A stretch of DNA of 64,000 nt. Source: Blastocatellia bacterium (GTDB lineage: Bacteria; Acidobacteriota; Blastocatellia; RBC074). Made by a program: the position numbers and the translations under genes. The notes beneath the pieces are model-generated. The model saw only the letters and a program-made list of their open reading frames with translations, was not told the DNA's origin and did not search any database. The DNA is taken from the NCBI GenBank assembly GCA_046155785.1, contig JBJXFR010000071.1:125-64124 (forward strand), read 5' to 3'. This document shows positions 28,083 through 39,500 of this stretch, in pieces (position 1 is the stretch's first letter; each line of letters starts with the position of its first letter).

Positions 28083-29071
28083 TTGACCGCGTCGAAGAAA
28101 TCGTAAACCACGCGCGCCAACCTGCCCATTTGCTCTTCGGCTTCGCCGCGCGAGGTTCGTTTGTCCATCGTGAACACGACCAGCGCAATCGGGTTGCCGC
28201 GAATGAACATGACCCCGGCGTCGTTGGTGGTCGAACCGATTGTTCCGGTTTTGTGCGCGAAGCCTGTGCCTTCGGGCAAATAACGCGGCAAGCGGTGATT
28301 GAATTGCTGGCGGTTCATGATCGTCATCATTTGCCGACAGGAATCTTCGCTGGCGGCTTTGCCTTTGACGATCATATCCAACAACCGAGCCATATCGTCT
28401 GGCGAAGCCACATCTTTCATGATCTTGGAAAATTCCAGATCGGCTTTGGCCACGCGCTCCGGCGAAGACGTGTTGAGCTGCGGACGATTCATCAACTGCT
28501 GTTTAGTCTTGCCAGCCGCCGCGTTGTCAATCAAAGCCAGATAATCGCGGATCAATTCAAAGGTCGTGCGATCCACACGGATGTTGTTCAGTCCCAGCTT
28601 CCGCATCGTCGCCGTCACATTTTCGGCTCCAACTTTGTTCACCAGCATGTCCGTCGCCTGATTGTCGCTGAGGATAATCATCAACAACGCCAGATCGCGA
28701 ATCGTCAGCTTCAACCCCGGAGCCATCAACGTCAACACTCCGCTGCCCAGTGTGCGGTCGCTGTCGGTCAATTCGACTCGATCATCCAGCGAGAATTTTT
28801 TGGCTTCAGCCTGACGAAAAACTTCGACCAGAATCGGAATCTTGTAGGCGCTGGCCATCGGAAATTCCTTATCTCCGTTGATCGAAATCTGCTGGCCCGT
28901 GGCAATGTCTCGAACGGCGACTCCCATCACGCCGGGAAAAGCGTTGGCCAATTCCTGCAAACGAGCGCGCAACCGTTCGATGTTCGGCACAGGTTTGGTT
29001 GATTGGCTGAAAGCCGAAAGCGAAAGCAGGCAAAGCAGAATCGTCAGACAGAACAATCGTTTTCCGAACAT
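28079..29071 (-). CDS. Class A beta-lactamase-family serine hydrolase (secreted)
   Basis: SxxK (MASAYK), SDN (ILSDNQATD), KTG (HKTGTI). Signal peptide from ATG 29071, which is preceded by GAGGGA. The upstream part of the ORF lies in a repeat. Confidence 0.8.
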   Translation of the reverse strand: MFGKRLFCLTILLCLLSLSAFSQSTKPVPNIERLRARLQELANAFPGVMGVAVRDIATGQQISINGDKEFPMASAYKIPILVEVFRQAEAKKFSLDDRVELTDSDRTLGSGVLTLMAPGLKLTIRDLALLMIILSDNQATDMLVNKVGAENVTATMRKLGLNNIRVDRTTFELIRDYLALIDNAAAGKTKQQLMNRPQLNTSSPERVAKADLEFSKIMKDVASPDDMARLLDMIVKGKAASEDSCRQMMTIMNRQQFNHRLPRYLPEGTGFAHKTGTIGSTTNDAGVMFIRGNPIALVVFTMDKRTSRGEAEEQMGRLARVVYDFFDAVK

Positions 29072-29088
29072 GGTTTCCCTCGAAATTG

Positions 29089-29176
29089 AATAGACAGGAT
29101 GCACAGGATTTTCTCTCAGGATTAACAGGGTTGATTCGGTTCTTGTAAATCCTGAGAGAATCCTGTTCATTCTGTC
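29089..29176. repeat. CAGGAT-rich palindromic intergenic element, copy B
   Basis: AATAGACAGGATGCACAGGATTTTCTCTCAGGATT..AATCCTGAGAGAATCCTGTTCATTCTGTC. The 13-bp arm TTCTCTCAGGATT pairs with AATCCTGAGAGAA. Confidence 0.7.
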
Positions 29177-29193
29177 GAAAAACTTCCGGCAAG

Positions 29194-30252
29194 CTAAATT
29201 CGATCAAAGCGGACAAACGAATCTGGCCCACCTTCGACGTGGACAGTATCAACGAATCGCACGTGCATCGTTTCAGTAGTCATCACCAACGATTGAGTTC
29301 GTTTGCCTGTGCCGAAAAAACGGACTCCGCGCAGGATCGTTCCGTCTGTGACTCCGGTGGCGGCGAAGATGATTCGTTTGCCCGGAGCCAGTTCATTCGT
29401 GTCGAACACGCGGGAAGGGTCTTTGATGCCCATCTTGGCCATGCGGTCGGCAATGTCCGGCGCGATGCGGGAGCGCTCTGCTTCTTCCAATTCTTCGGGC
29501 ATCATAAAGCGCGCCTGGATTTCTCCGTTCAGACATTTCATCGCTGCTGCGGTGATAACGCCTTCGGGGCCGCCACCGATTCCCATCAAAGCGTGAACGC
29601 CCGAACCGGCTACCGCAGCCGAAATTCCAGCAGACAAATCTCCGTCAGTAATCAGCCGAATGCGAGCGCCTGCGTCCCGAATGTCTCTAACCAGTTGGCG
29701 ATGGCGCGGGCGATCCATGACAACAATTGTCAGGTCTTCGACTTTGCGCTTCAGCCGTGAAGCGATGGCGTGCAGGTTGTCTTTGACCGGAGCGTCAATG
29801 TCCACAGCGCCTTTGACCGAAGGGCCAACCACCAGCTTTTTCATGTAAACATCCGGCGCATGCAGCAACCCGCCTTTTTCTGCCGCAGCCAAAACCGCAA
29901 TCGCGTTGTCGGCTCCAACCGCGCAAAGGTTCGTGCCTTCCAGCGGATCAACAGCGATGTCCACCGAACGATATTTGCCTTCGTTGCCGGGTTTCGCGCC
30001 CAGCCCAACGCGCTCGCCGATGTACAGCATCGGAGCTTCATCGCGCTCGCCTTCACCGATGACGATGGTTCCTTCCATCGGAATGGTGTCCATCACTTCG
30101 CGCATTTTTTCGACGGCGACTTGATCGGAGTATTTGCGCTCGCCCTGCCCCATCGTGCGCGCAGCTTCGACGGCAGCGCCTTCGACCACGCGCAGGAAAT
30201 CGAAAAGCAGATCGTGTTCCAACGGACGCTCGGCTGAATTTTGTGTGCTCAT
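29194..30252 (-). CDS. glpX: Class II fructose-1,6-bisphosphatase
   Basis: Full-length GlpX-like sequence ([41 protein letters not shown]). ATG 30252 is preceded by GAGG; 30279 is an alternative start. Confidence 0.9.
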   Translation of the reverse strand: MSTQNSAERPLEHDLLFDFLRVVEGAAVEAARTMGQGERKYSDQVAVEKMREVMDTIPMEGTIVIGEGERDEAPMLYIGERVGLGAKPGNEGKYRSVDIAVDPLEGTNLCAVGADNAIAVLAAAEKGGLLHAPDVYMKKLVVGPSVKGAVDIDAPVKDNLHAIASRLKRKVEDLTIVVMDRPRHRQLVRDIRDAGARIRLITDGDLSAGISAAVAGSGVHALMGIGGGPEGVITAAAMKCLNGEIQARFMMPEELEEAERSRIAPDIADRMAKMGIKDPSRVFDTNELAPGKRIIFAATGVTDGTILRGVRFFGTGKRTQSLVMTTETMHVRFVDTVHVEGGPDSFVRFDRI

Positions 30253-30315
30253 AAACGTGACCTCATTGTGATTGGCCATAAGCTTTTCATCCAACAAAAC
30301 CGCAAAATAAATCAC

Positions 30316-30900
30316 TCAATCGGTTTCGTTTGACTGCCCTAAGTTCGGATCGAAACACGCTCGACAACGAGCCTCGTAAGCGTCCGAAGCTCCAACCACG
30401 ACTCGTTCGCGGCTGGCAATCAATCGTTGAGTGTAAGTCGCCGGGCTGCCGCATTGCATGCAGATGGCTCGTGTTTTGGTGATGTCTTCGGCAATTGCCA
30501 GCAACAGTGGCATAGGTTCAAAAGGGCGACCGAGATAATCCATATCCAGTCCGGCGATTATGACTCGCTTGCCTTGCGCGGCCAGTTGATTGGCAACGGC
30601 GACCAGATCGCTGTCAAAGAACTGACCTTCATCAATGCCCACCACTTCGGTGTCGGCGGTGACGGATTCCAGAATTTCGCGCGTTGAAGCCACCAGTTGC
30701 GAAGCGAGTTTCATTTCGGAATGCGAAACGATGTGTTCTTCGGAATACCGCAAATCAATCGCGGGTTTGAAACTTTGGACCTTCAGTCTGGCGATCTGCG
30801 CTCGGCGCAATCGCCGAATCAGTTCTTCGCTTTTGCCGCTGAACATCGAACCGGTGATGACTTCGATCCAGCCGGAATCATTTGAATGACGCTCTACCAA
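30316..30900 (-). CDS. tdk: Thymidine kinase
   Basis: [14 protein letters not shown] (P-loop), IDEGQFF, and the Zn ribbon C..CG..A. The likely start is TTG 30900 (AGAAGGGA 9 nt upstream), giving about 195 aa. The 44 upstream codons of the ORF have no TK counterpart. Confidence 0.9.
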   Translation of the reverse strand: MVERHSNDSGWIEVITGSMFSGKSEELIRRLRRAQIARLKVQSFKPAIDLRYSEEHIVSHSEMKLASQLVASTREILESVTADTEVVGIDEGQFFDSDLVAVANQLAAQGKRVIIAGLDMDYLGRPFEPMPLLLAIAEDITKTRAICMQCGSPATYTQRLIASRERVVVGASDAYEARCRACFDPNLGQSNETD

Positions 30901-31035
30901 CGTTGGATTTTCCCTTCTGAGTTGTCTATTTGAATGCCCGCACGTTCTACACCATAAACTGACGGCGGCGCAAGATTCGTTTCCGAAAGGCTTTTCGAGC
31001 GTTAAGCTTGGCCAGACAGGAGCGATTATCACCTT

Positions 31036-32022
31036 ATGAAAACTGCAAAAAACGATTATGTTCGCCTTTGCCGAACCATCTCTCTGATCGGCGGAATCGT
31101 TTGGCTGACATTGTTGCTGCCGCTTTCAGATTGGCTGAACCTGCCGGTTGAAAGCACAGGCGAAACCTGGTTGATCGAACGATTGCTGATGCTGGCCGTG
31201 CTGGTCTTTGTGCCGCTGGCTCTGCCTCTGGTGACGACGAATGAAAGTGGTTTGGCATTTGCCTGTGCCATACGCCTGCAACCAATCGGAGCCGCTCTGG
31301 TCGTGGTTTCGTTTTTCCTCAGAACTGGTTTGGTTGCGGCTGCAACCACGCTGGCCTGGATGCTGATTACGTTTTTGATTGCGCTGTTCGGATTGTGGCG
31401 ATTGTGGCAACGATGGAAAAACACCGCCAGCATTTTGCCAATTGAAGAACTCTGCATTGACGCGGGATTGGCTTACGTCGTCGTCGGCAGCGGCTGGTTG
31501 TTCCTCTCGCGTTGGGGACAAAACCCTATGAACTTTTCCGACACCATCGTGTTGCTGACGGCGGTGCATTTTCATTACGCCGGATTCGCCGCGCCAATTC
31601 TGACAGGCTTGGCCGGGCGGAAAATCAAAAACGGCATTGCCCGCAAGTTTTATCTGGTCGCCACGACCGGAGTCATCGCGGGGCCTCCGCTGGTCGCAGT
31701 CGGAATTACTCTGTCGCGCGCGGTCGAAGTTTTCTCAGCCGTCACTTTGGCTCTAAGCCTGTTCACGTTGGCGATGCTGATGATGTTCATTGTCGCTCCG
31801 TCAATGAAACCGTTGCCCAGACTCCTGCTGATTCTTTCCTCAATGTCCGTTGTCGTGACAATGATCTTCGCCTGCCTTTATGCCTTCGGGCGATTTGCCG
31901 GTATCGAAACGGTCAGCATTCCGTTGATGGCTCAAGTTCACGGCGTCAGTAACGCTTTGGGATTTGTGCTGTGCGGCTTGCTGGCGTGGTGGGTCGTTGA
32001 ACGTCAGTCAGCCAATCGCTGA
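31036..32022 (+). CDS. Polytopic integral membrane protein (8-9 TM), function unknown
   Basis: 328-aa hydrophobic ORF. No motif recognised with confidence. Confidence 0.6.
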   Translation: MKTAKNDYVRLCRTISLIGGIVWLTLLLPLSDWLNLPVESTGETWLIERLLMLAVLVFVPLALPLVTTNESGLAFACAIRLQPIGAALVVVSFFLRTGLVAAATTLAWMLITFLIALFGLWRLWQRWKNTASILPIEELCIDAGLAYVVVGSGWLFLSRWGQNPMNFSDTIVLLTAVHFHYAGFAAPILTGLAGRKIKNGIARKFYLVATTGVIAGPPLVAVGITLSRAVEVFSAVTLALSLFTLAMLMMFIVAPSMKPLPRLLLILSSMSVVVTMIFACLYAFGRFAGIETVSIPLMAQVHGVSNALGFVLCGLLAWWVVERQSANR

Positions 32023-32093
32023 GCCGAAGTTTGCAATTTGCCCAACAGAATTGAACAATCCGGCTTCCAAATTTCAATCCTGTCGGAGCATCA

Positions 32094-33329
32094 ATGTCTG
32101 CTTCCATCATTTCCATCGCCGACCGTTTTCGTTCACTTTCAATCGCGGATTTGCTGGATGACAAACCAGTCGCAACGGCGTTTGAATTTATTGACACCTC
32201 TTCAGCCCGTTTCACTTCCGAACTAATCCGCATTTGCGAAATTCCGGCTCCGCCTTTCAAAGAACATGAACGCGGGCGTTACTTTGTCACCCGATTTAAC
32301 GAACTTGGCCTGGACGACGTTCACACCGACGGCGAAGGCAACGTCATTGGCTTTTATCGAGGCGAACGCGAACAGCCATTGACCGTTTTGTCGGCGCATT
32401 TGGACACGGTTTTCCCCGAAGAAACTGATGTCAAAGTCCGTCACGTCGGTTCGCGTATATGCGCTCCGGGCATTGCCGACAACTGCGCGGGCTTGGCCGC
32501 GATGGTTGGTTTGATTCAGGCGATGAATGCCGGGCAGATTAAATTGCGCGGAACGATTGCGTTTGTGGCTACGGTGGGCGAAGAGGGCGAGGGCGATTTG
32601 CGTGGAGTTCGTTATTTGTTCAACAAAGGCAAACTGGCCAAACGAATCACTTCTTTTATCTCGTTTGACGGAACCGGCGTTGATTTCATCACGCATCAAG
32701 CGCTGGGTTCGCGGCGTTATCGTATTCGGCTGGAAGGCCCCGGCGGTCACAGTTGGGCGGATTTTGGCGTAGTCAATCCGGTTCACGCGCTGGGCCGAGC
32801 CGTCGCCCGAATGGCCGATTACCACGCGCCTGCCGAACCGCGCACCACTTACAGCATTGGCCGCATCGAAGGCGGTGAGTCCGTCAACGTCATTCCTCAA
32901 ACAGCTTCGATGGATGTGGATTTGCGTTCGGCGTCGGAGAGCGAATTGTCGCGGCTGGAAGATTTTCTGCTGGCGGCGCTGAACCGCGCGGTGATTGATG
33001 AAAACGTCATGCGCTCGGCATCGGGCAAAAAACTGAAAGCCGAGGTCAAAGCGATTGGCAATCGGCCTTCGGGCGAAACGCCGCGCGAATCTTATCTGGT
33101 GCGAACCGCGATGGAGGCTTCGCGGCTGATGGGCATCACTCCGATTTTGAACCGAGCCTCAACCGATTCCAACATTCCAATCAGTTTGGGAATTCCCGCC
33201 ATCACCATCGGCGCGGGCGGCAAATCAAGCGACTCTCACCGGTTGAGCGAATGGTTCGATCCAACCGGACGCGAGCTTGGTTACAAACGAGCTTTGTTAC
33301 TGGCTTTGGGAATGACTGGCGTAGCTTAA
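32094..33329 (+). CDS. M20/M25/M40-family metallopeptidase (peptidase T / deacylase-like)
   Basis: [27 protein letters not shown], and C-terminal STDSN. These are the M20 metal-ligand pattern. Confidence 0.85.
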   Translation: MSASIISIADRFRSLSIADLLDDKPVATAFEFIDTSSARFTSELIRICEIPAPPFKEHERGRYFVTRFNELGLDDVHTDGEGNVIGFYRGEREQPLTVLSAHLDTVFPEETDVKVRHVGSRICAPGIADNCAGLAAMVGLIQAMNAGQIKLRGTIAFVATVGEEGEGDLRGVRYLFNKGKLAKRITSFISFDGTGVDFITHQALGSRRYRIRLEGPGGHSWADFGVVNPVHALGRAVARMADYHAPAEPRTTYSIGRIEGGESVNVIPQTASMDVDLRSASESELSRLEDFLLAALNRAVIDENVMRSASGKKLKAEVKAIGNRPSGETPRESYLVRTAMEASRLMGITPILNRASTDSNIPISLGIPAITIGAGGKSSDSHRLSEWFDPTGRELGYKRALLLALGMTGVA

Positions 33330-34768
33330 GCCAAAATCTGCTTGACCACATTCCCGTGAACGTCTGTCAGCCGGTAATAACGGCCTTGAAACTTGAATGT
33401 CAGCCGAGTGTGATCAATGCCTAGACATTGCAAAATCGTCGCGTTCAAATCGTGAACGTGAACCGGGTCGCGCGCGGTGTTGTAACTGAAATCGTCTGTT
33501 TCGCCGACTGTCACTCCGGGTTTGACGCCTCCGCCCGCCATCCAGATCGTGAAGCAGCGCGGATGATGATCGCGCCCGTAATCTTCCGCCGTCAGTTTGC
33601 CTTGCGAATAAACCGTGCGGCCAAATTCTCCGCCCCAAATCACCAAGGTGTCGTCCAACATGCCACGCTGTTTCAAATCCTGAATCAACGCCGCCGAGGG
33701 CTGATCAGTGTCTTCGGTTTGTTTTTTGATGTTGCGCGGCAAGCCTCCGTGTTGATCCCAACCGCGATGGAACAGTTGAATGAAGCGCACCCCGCGTTCG
33801 GCCAATCGCCTGGCTTGAATGCAGTTGTAAGCGAACGTGCCGGGTTTGCGCGCGTCAGGGCCGTAAGCTTCCAGCGCCTTATCGGATTCTTTCGACAGGT
33901 CTGTCAGTTCAGGCACTGAAGTCTGCATGCGATAAGCCATCTCGTATTGAGCGATACGCGCCTGAATTTCAGGGTCGCCGTATTCTTTCGCGTTGAGCTG
34001 ATTCATCTCCGCCAGATCGTCCAGAAACTTGCGGCGAACTTCTTTGCTGATGCCCGGCGGGTTCGACAAATACAAAACCGGGTCAGCGCCGTTGTGAAAC
34101 TTCACGCCTTGATGTTGCGAAGGCAAAAATCCGCTGCCCCACAACCGGTCATAAAGCGGCTGATCTCCGCCAGTTCGGCCTACGGAAACCAGCACGACAA
34201 ACGCGGGCAAATCTTTGTTCTCGCTGCCCAAACCATAAGCCAACCACGAACCCAGACTTGGCCGCCCGGCAAGCTGGAATCCAGTCAGCGCAAAAGTCTG
34301 CGCCGGATCGTGGTTGATTTGTTCGGTGTGCATGGATTTGATGAAGCTGATGTCATCCGCAATCTTCGCTGTGTGGGGCAGCAATTCGCTTAACCACGCG
34401 CCGGACTTTCCGTGCTGGGCGAATTTGTACAACGACGGCGCGGTCGGAAAGCTGGATTGATGCGCGGTCATTCCGGTCAGCCGCTGCCCCTGACGAATTG
34501 AGTCCGGCAGATTTTGCGCGCGGAATTTTTCCAGATTCGGCTTGGCGTCAAAGAGTTCAAGTTGCGAAGGGCCGCCCGCCTGAAACAGAAAAATCACGCG
34601 CTTGGCTTTCGGCGCGAAATGCGGGATTCCGGGCGCGGCGGTGTTCTCTTCGGCAAAACCGCTTTCGCCCAACAGCGAAGCCAGCGCAGCAGTTCCAATG
34701 CCCAAGCCAAAGCGGCTGAAAAACGAGCGGCGAGTAAGCGTCAATTGAAGTTCATTGAGTGGGTTCAT
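33326..34768 (-). CDS. DUF1501 domain protein (sulfatase-like fold, Tat signal)
   Basis: Twin-arginine [33 protein letters not shown] near the C-terminus is typical of DUF1501. Confidence 0.9.
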   Translation of the reverse strand: MNPLNELQLTLTRRSFFSRFGLGIGTAALASLLGESGFAEENTAAPGIPHFAPKAKRVIFLFQAGGPSQLELFDAKPNLEKFRAQNLPDSIRQGQRLTGMTAHQSSFPTAPSLYKFAQHGKSGAWLSELLPHTAKIADDISFIKSMHTEQINHDPAQTFALTGFQLAGRPSLGSWLAYGLGSENKDLPAFVVLVSVGRTGGDQPLYDRLWGSGFLPSQHQGVKFHNGADPVLYLSNPPGISKEVRRKFLDDLAEMNQLNAKEYGDPEIQARIAQYEMAYRMQTSVPELTDLSKESDKALEAYGPDARKPGTFAYNCIQARRLAERGVRFIQLFHRGWDQHGGLPRNIKKQTEDTDQPSAALIQDLKQRGMLDDTLVIWGGEFGRTVYSQGKLTAEDYGRDHHPRCFTIWMAGGGVKPGVTVGETDDFSYNTARDPVHVHDLNATILQCLGIDHTRLTFKFQGRYYRLTDVHGNVVKQILA

Positions 34769-35093
34769 TATTGTTTATTGGTTTGGAAAGCTGTTTATGT
34801 TCAACCGATGGCAGGCCACGATCATGTCGAAGAAGATAGTTTTCAAGCTCAACCTTCAAAAGCCTTTGTTCGGATTCCGCGATTTCGCGTTGATGCTTCA
34901 GTTCATCTGTCAGTCGCCGAATTTCATGACCAAGCCGTTCATTGGCCAGTTGCGACTCGTAAAACTTCTTTTCCATGGCAGTAACGACTTCACTGTACAG
35001 CTTCTCAAGCTCTTTGATGCTCTGCCGGTTTCGATCAGTTTCTTGAGTCAAACGAACGATTTTCCAAAACGCAGCTAATACCCGCTTCCACAT
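34752..35093 (-). CDS. Hypothetical coiled-coil protein (113 aa)
   Basis: The ATG immediately follows the stop of the upstream 61-aa gene and AAGGGGG lies upstream. Heptad-rich charged sequence. The 3' end overlaps the DUF1501 start by 17 nt. Confidence 0.5.
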   Translation of the reverse strand: MWKRVLAAFWKIVRLTQETDRNRQSIKELEKLYSEVVTAMEKKFYESQLANERLGHEIRRLTDELKHQREIAESEQRLLKVELENYLLRHDRGLPSVEHKQLSKPINNNEPTQ

Positions 35094-35279
35094 CTATGCC
35101 CCCTTTGCTTGCAACCTATCCAGAACAGCCCGCGTTTGGGCGTGATACATCTCAATCTCAACTTGATCCTTGTCCATCTTCTCAAAGATTTTATCTATCT
35201 TTTCCAGACACTCATCCATCAGCCTGGTAATTTCAAAAGCTTCTTTTTCCGTCATTTCGAGTTTGATTGTTTCAGGCAT
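35094..35279 (-). CDS. Hypothetical small acidic helical protein (61 aa)
   Basis: A strong AGGAGG lies 8 nt upstream of ATG 35279. MPETIKLEMTEKEAFEITRLMDECLEKIDKIFEKMDKDQVEIEM.. AT-richer than the neighbouring sequence. Confidence 0.5.
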   Translation of the reverse strand: MPETIKLEMTEKEAFEITRLMDECLEKIDKIFEKMDKDQVEIEMYHAQTRAVLDRLQAKGA

Positions 35280-35316
35280 AACTGATTCCTCCTGGCCAAA
35301 TGCTAGCACGATCAAT

Positions 35317-36324
35317 TTAGAAAGTAGCAATCGGATTGAGCGGCGAGCCAGTTCCGCCAGTAATCGGAATCGGAGCAGCCGTCAGCAGAAACGACCAGCG
35401 TTTACGTTTGGCCGTCGCTTCGCTCAGCGCTTCCAGGTCGCAATTGTCGAAGATATGGACGCCCATCGCCGTCAGCGTCAGCAAATGAACCGGATGGGTG
35501 ACGCCTTCAATGCCAGAAGGCAAAACGTCGCTGGCGGCGTCGCTCCCTAAAATTGCTACGTCACGAGCTTTCAACCAACGAGCGCACGAAGCGTGCAATC
35601 CAGCCGAGCCATCTTTTTCAACATCCCATGAACCTTTGACCGCTCGACGCGCCCAGCGACCTGTGCGAATGAAAACCGCGTCGCCCGCGCCGACTTTGAT
35701 TCCGGATTTCTTTTCCCAGGCGTCCAGGTCTTCGGGGTAAATCGTCTCGCTGAGTTCCAGATAAGGTTTGCCCTTCAACGCAGCCATGTCCATCAAAATG
35801 CCTCGCGTGAAAATGCCCTGCTTCAAGTTGGTGATCGCCAGTTTCTGCGCGCCTTTGGCGGTGACTTCCTTCTGCGAAAATCCGTTGTACATCTTGCCCT
35901 GGTAAAAGATGTGGCAGAGCGAATCCATATGCGTGTGTTGGTATCCGTGAAAGAGAACCGAAAACGTATCCACGCTCCATTGGCCTTCGCCGTCGCCTGT
36001 CAGGTTCATCGTATGGCTGTAAGGATTCGAATTGTCGGTGTCCGTTTCCGAATTCGTGTTGCGAGCCAGCGAAACGCTCCCGCCTTCTGTCACCAACGCG
36101 ACAGCCTGTTTGCGCTTGGCGGCGGTAATCAAATTCAACGCGCCGAGTTGATCGTCTTTGCCCCAGCGTCCCCAGTTGGAAAGCTCCGTCATCATTCGGT
36201 CAATGTCGGCTTTGGTCAGCTTCGCCCGCGATTGCGCTGCGGTTGAGTCAGCAAAATTGACAGCGGCGGCAATCACCGAAGCCAGCGCAATCAGCGAAAG
36301 AGTTTGAAAGATTCTGCGATTCAT
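35317..36324 (-). CDS. Putative cyclase / kynurenine-formamidase-like hydrolase (secreted)
   Basis: Signal peptide. The metal motif HGYQHTHMDSLCH resembles HxGTHxDxPxH of the cyclase family. Confidence 0.75.
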   Translation of the reverse strand: MNRRIFQTLSLIALASVIAAAVNFADSTAAQSRAKLTKADIDRMMTELSNWGRWGKDDQLGALNLITAAKRKQAVALVTEGGSVSLARNTNSETDTDNSNPYSHTMNLTGDGEGQWSVDTFSVLFHGYQHTHMDSLCHIFYQGKMYNGFSQKEVTAKGAQKLAITNLKQGIFTRGILMDMAALKGKPYLELSETIYPEDLDAWEKKSGIKVGAGDAVFIRTGRWARRAVKGSWDVEKDGSAGLHASCARWLKARDVAILGSDAASDVLPSGIEGVTHPVHLLTLTAMGVHIFDNCDLEALSEATAKRKRWSFLLTAAPIPITGGTGSPLNPIATF

Positions 36325-36344
36325 TTTGTCTCCTTGTTTGGGCG

Positions 36345-36509
36345 CTATTCAGGTTATCGAATGCTTTTGCCTTGAATGACCTGAAATGGATAACGGAACA
36401 AACGGAAATAACTGAACAGACGGAAAGAAAAGATGGATTTCAGTTTATTCCGTTATTTCCGTTTGTTCCGTTATCTCTCTGACCGTTTCTTTGAGCAGTT
36501 ACTTTCGAG
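36345..36509. repeat. About 170-bp nested-palindromic intergenic element, copy 2 of 2
   Basis: Core arms GATAACGGAACAAACGGAAATAAC (36389-36412) and GTTATTTCCGTTTGTTCCGTTATC (36452-36475) form a perfect 24-bp stem. The flank TTGAGCAGTTACTTTC is the inverse of GAAAGTAACTGCTCA in copy 1. Confidence 0.7.
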
Positions 36510-39500
36510 TTACTGCCGTGTAATCACTTCGTCCAGATTCAACATCAAGCTGGCCGTGGTCGCGTAAGCCGCAAGCTCAGCGCGATTCAGTTTTTCGTCA
36601 TTGCGCCGTTCGCCGACGGACAACAGCTTTTCAGCTTCCGTCGAATTGCGCGTGAAGTATTCCAACTGAGATTTCAGATTTCTGACCAGAGCTTTGATTT
36701 CCGCTTCGCTGGGCTGGCGCGAAGTCACTCGGCGAAAAGCCCAGACCAGTCGTTGTTCAGCGGTCGCGCCGCCTTCTTTCAACATCAATTCGGCCAGCAT
36801 TCTGGCGGCTTCGATGTAAGTCACATCGTTCATCAGGTTCAGCGATTGCAGCGGAGTATTCGTTCGCGTGTCGCGCACTGTGCAGAATTCGCGCGCCGAA
36901 GCGTCGAACACCTGCATCGTTGGCGACAGCACAGTGCGCTTCCAAAACGTATACAGGCTGCGCCGCCACAAGCCTTCGCCTTTGTCTGTGTTGTAGCCGG
37001 TCAAGCCGGAAAAAGCCATGTCTTTGTACAGGCCATCTGGTTGATAAGGTTTGACCGAAGCTCCGCCGAGTTTTTCAACCAGCAAACCGGAAACAGCCAG
37101 CGCTTGATCTCGAATCATTTCCGCCGACAGTCGAAAGCGCGGCGCTTGCGCCAGGAGCGATTGCGGATTGCGGATTGCGGATTGCGGATTCTGTTTTGAC
37201 GACTGCCGATAAGTCGCGCTCATCACGATGGTTTTCAGCAAGGCCTTCACATCCCAAGGCTGAATGATGAATGATGAATGATGAATATTTTTGTCGTCAG
37301 CTCGCCTTTCTTTCATCATTCCGCCTTCATCCTTCATCATTCCGTCGCGCAACACGACCGCCAGCCAATCCAGCAACTCCGGGTGGGACGGCAATTCGCC
37401 TTGTGCGCCGAAATCTTCGGACGTTTTTACCAATCCAGCGCCGAACAGCATTTGCCAAAACCGATTAACCGTCACGCGAGCAGTCAACGGATGTTCTTTG
37501 CTGACCAACCATTTAGCAAAGCCCAAACGATTGTTTGGCAAACCCGCAGCCATCGGTGGCAACACGGCGGGAACGGCTCGCTGAACCGTTTCGCCAGGAG
37601 CATCGTAAGCGCCTCGCCTGAGAATTTGCGCCGGACGCGGCTGCGGCAATTCCTGCATGACCATCAGCGGCGGCAAATCGTCCACGAACTTTTGCCGTTG
37701 AGCTTTCAGCTCAATCAGCTTTGATTGTGCTTGCTTCAAATCGTCGGGCGCGGCTGAATCAAGAAAAGCTCTGTGGAGTTTTGCGGCTTGAGCAGGTGAA
37801 CGTTTCTTAGTCGGAATCGCCGCGATAATCTCCAGTGAATCAGCGCAAGCCAGCACAGCGACTTCTTCTTCGTTTAACGTGCGGCTGTAAATTCTAACTT
37901 CATCAATCGCGCCGTTGAATCGAAACCGCGGGCCTCCGCCAGCGCCGATTTTCAGCGTGTTGCGGCTGCCGCCAAACAGCAGGAAGAAGTTCCGCTGAGT
38001 CCATTTCAGCCTGGCTTCGTGGCCGTTGACGAAAACTTTCAACCGATCTTCCCACTGCTTCAAACCGTCGAAGACGACGACGACGTGTTGCCATTGCCGT
38101 TGCGGCAATGGCTGCTCAGTTTCAACACGCAGCGCGTCTTCGCCCCAACGGAAAACCATATTGAAATGCAGCTTGCCGTTCAGGAAATACAACCCGTAAC
38201 CGTCAGCGCGAGGGACTCCGTTTTCAACTTCAGCCGGAGCGTCGCTGACTTTGGTCACGATTGATCCAGCAGATTCCGTTTCGGGATAAACCCACGCCGC
38301 AATGCTGAACCGTTCGCGGTAATCGCTGGACGTGGTTTTGTATCGAAGGTCGGCGTTCAATCCGCCATCGAAATACAGCTTGCCGTCGAAAGCAGTTCCC
38401 TGTCCCAACGGAGAAGCTACAAAACGAGGTTGGCCGTCTTTGAAGCCGCCTGGTTCGCCCATCTTGTCTTTGGTTTTGACGTCTTGCTGGTTGTGATGCG
38501 TGCGGTCGGAAGGCGTGAACACCGGCGTTTGGTTTTCATCAAACGGAATTCGCACGATCAGCTTTTCTGCGGGGAAGCCGCCGCTGCCGCCTGAAGGCGG
38601 AGCTACGAACGTCTTTTCCCAATCGCGCTGTTTGCCTGAAAATTTCTTTGCCAGTCGGTTGTAATCGTTTTCAGCCACAGCAATCTGTTGATCGAACTGT
38701 TTCAACTGCGCTTGCTGTTCGCGCGTAGGAGCGGCCATCACCGGCGGCGAATCGCCTTGATCGAACGAATGCCCGTCTTCGTCAATGCTGTTGAAGTAAG
38801 CCGACAGTTGGTAAAACTCTTTTTGCGACAGCGGATCGAATTTGTGGTTGTGGCAACGCGCGCATCCGAACGTCAGCCCCATAAACACAGTCGAAGTCGT
38901 ATCCACTCGGTCAACGACGTATTCGATTCGGTACTCTTCCGGCACGATTCCGCCTTCGGCGTTGATGCGGTGGTTGCGGTTGAACGCGGTGGCTATGCGC
39001 TGATCCAAACTGGGATTTGGCAACAAATCCCCGGCAAGCTGTTCGATCACAAATTCGTCAAACGGCTTGTTTTGGTTGAAAGCTTCGATCACCCAATCGC
39101 GCCAGCGCCAGGCCGAACGGTCGCCGTCAATTTGATAACCGTTCGTGTCGGCGTAACGCGCAGCGTCCAGCCAGCGAAAAGCCATTCGTTCGCCGTAACG
39201 CGACGAAGCCAACAAACGGTCAACGACTTTTTCATAAGCGTTCGGCGAAGCGTCATTGAGAAAATCATCAAGCTCTTTGGTCGTTGGCGGCAATCCGGTC
39301 AGATCAAACGAAACTCGGCGCAGCAAAGTCGCGCGGTCAGCTTCGGGCGAAGGCGACAAAGCTTCTGCTTCCAAACTGGCCAGAACAAAATAATCAATCG
39401 CGTTTTTCGGCCAGGCAGTGTTTTTGACTGCCGGCAACGCAGGCCGAGTCGGCGTGACAAATGACCAATGCTGTTGCCATCGCGCGCCTTGGCGAATCCA

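Noticed and set aside
27902-29002. 366-aa plus-strand ORF antisense to the beta-lactamase-like and DUF2085 genes
   Set aside because: It spans two well-supported minus-strand genes, and its translation is low-complexity (R/H/Q-rich) with no motif.
30901-31032. 44-codon N-terminal extension of thymidine kinase (ATG 31032)
   Set aside because: The extension is Cys/Trp-rich with no TK counterpart. TTG 30900 has a good SD and gives the canonical length. It also avoids abutting the divergent gene at 31036.
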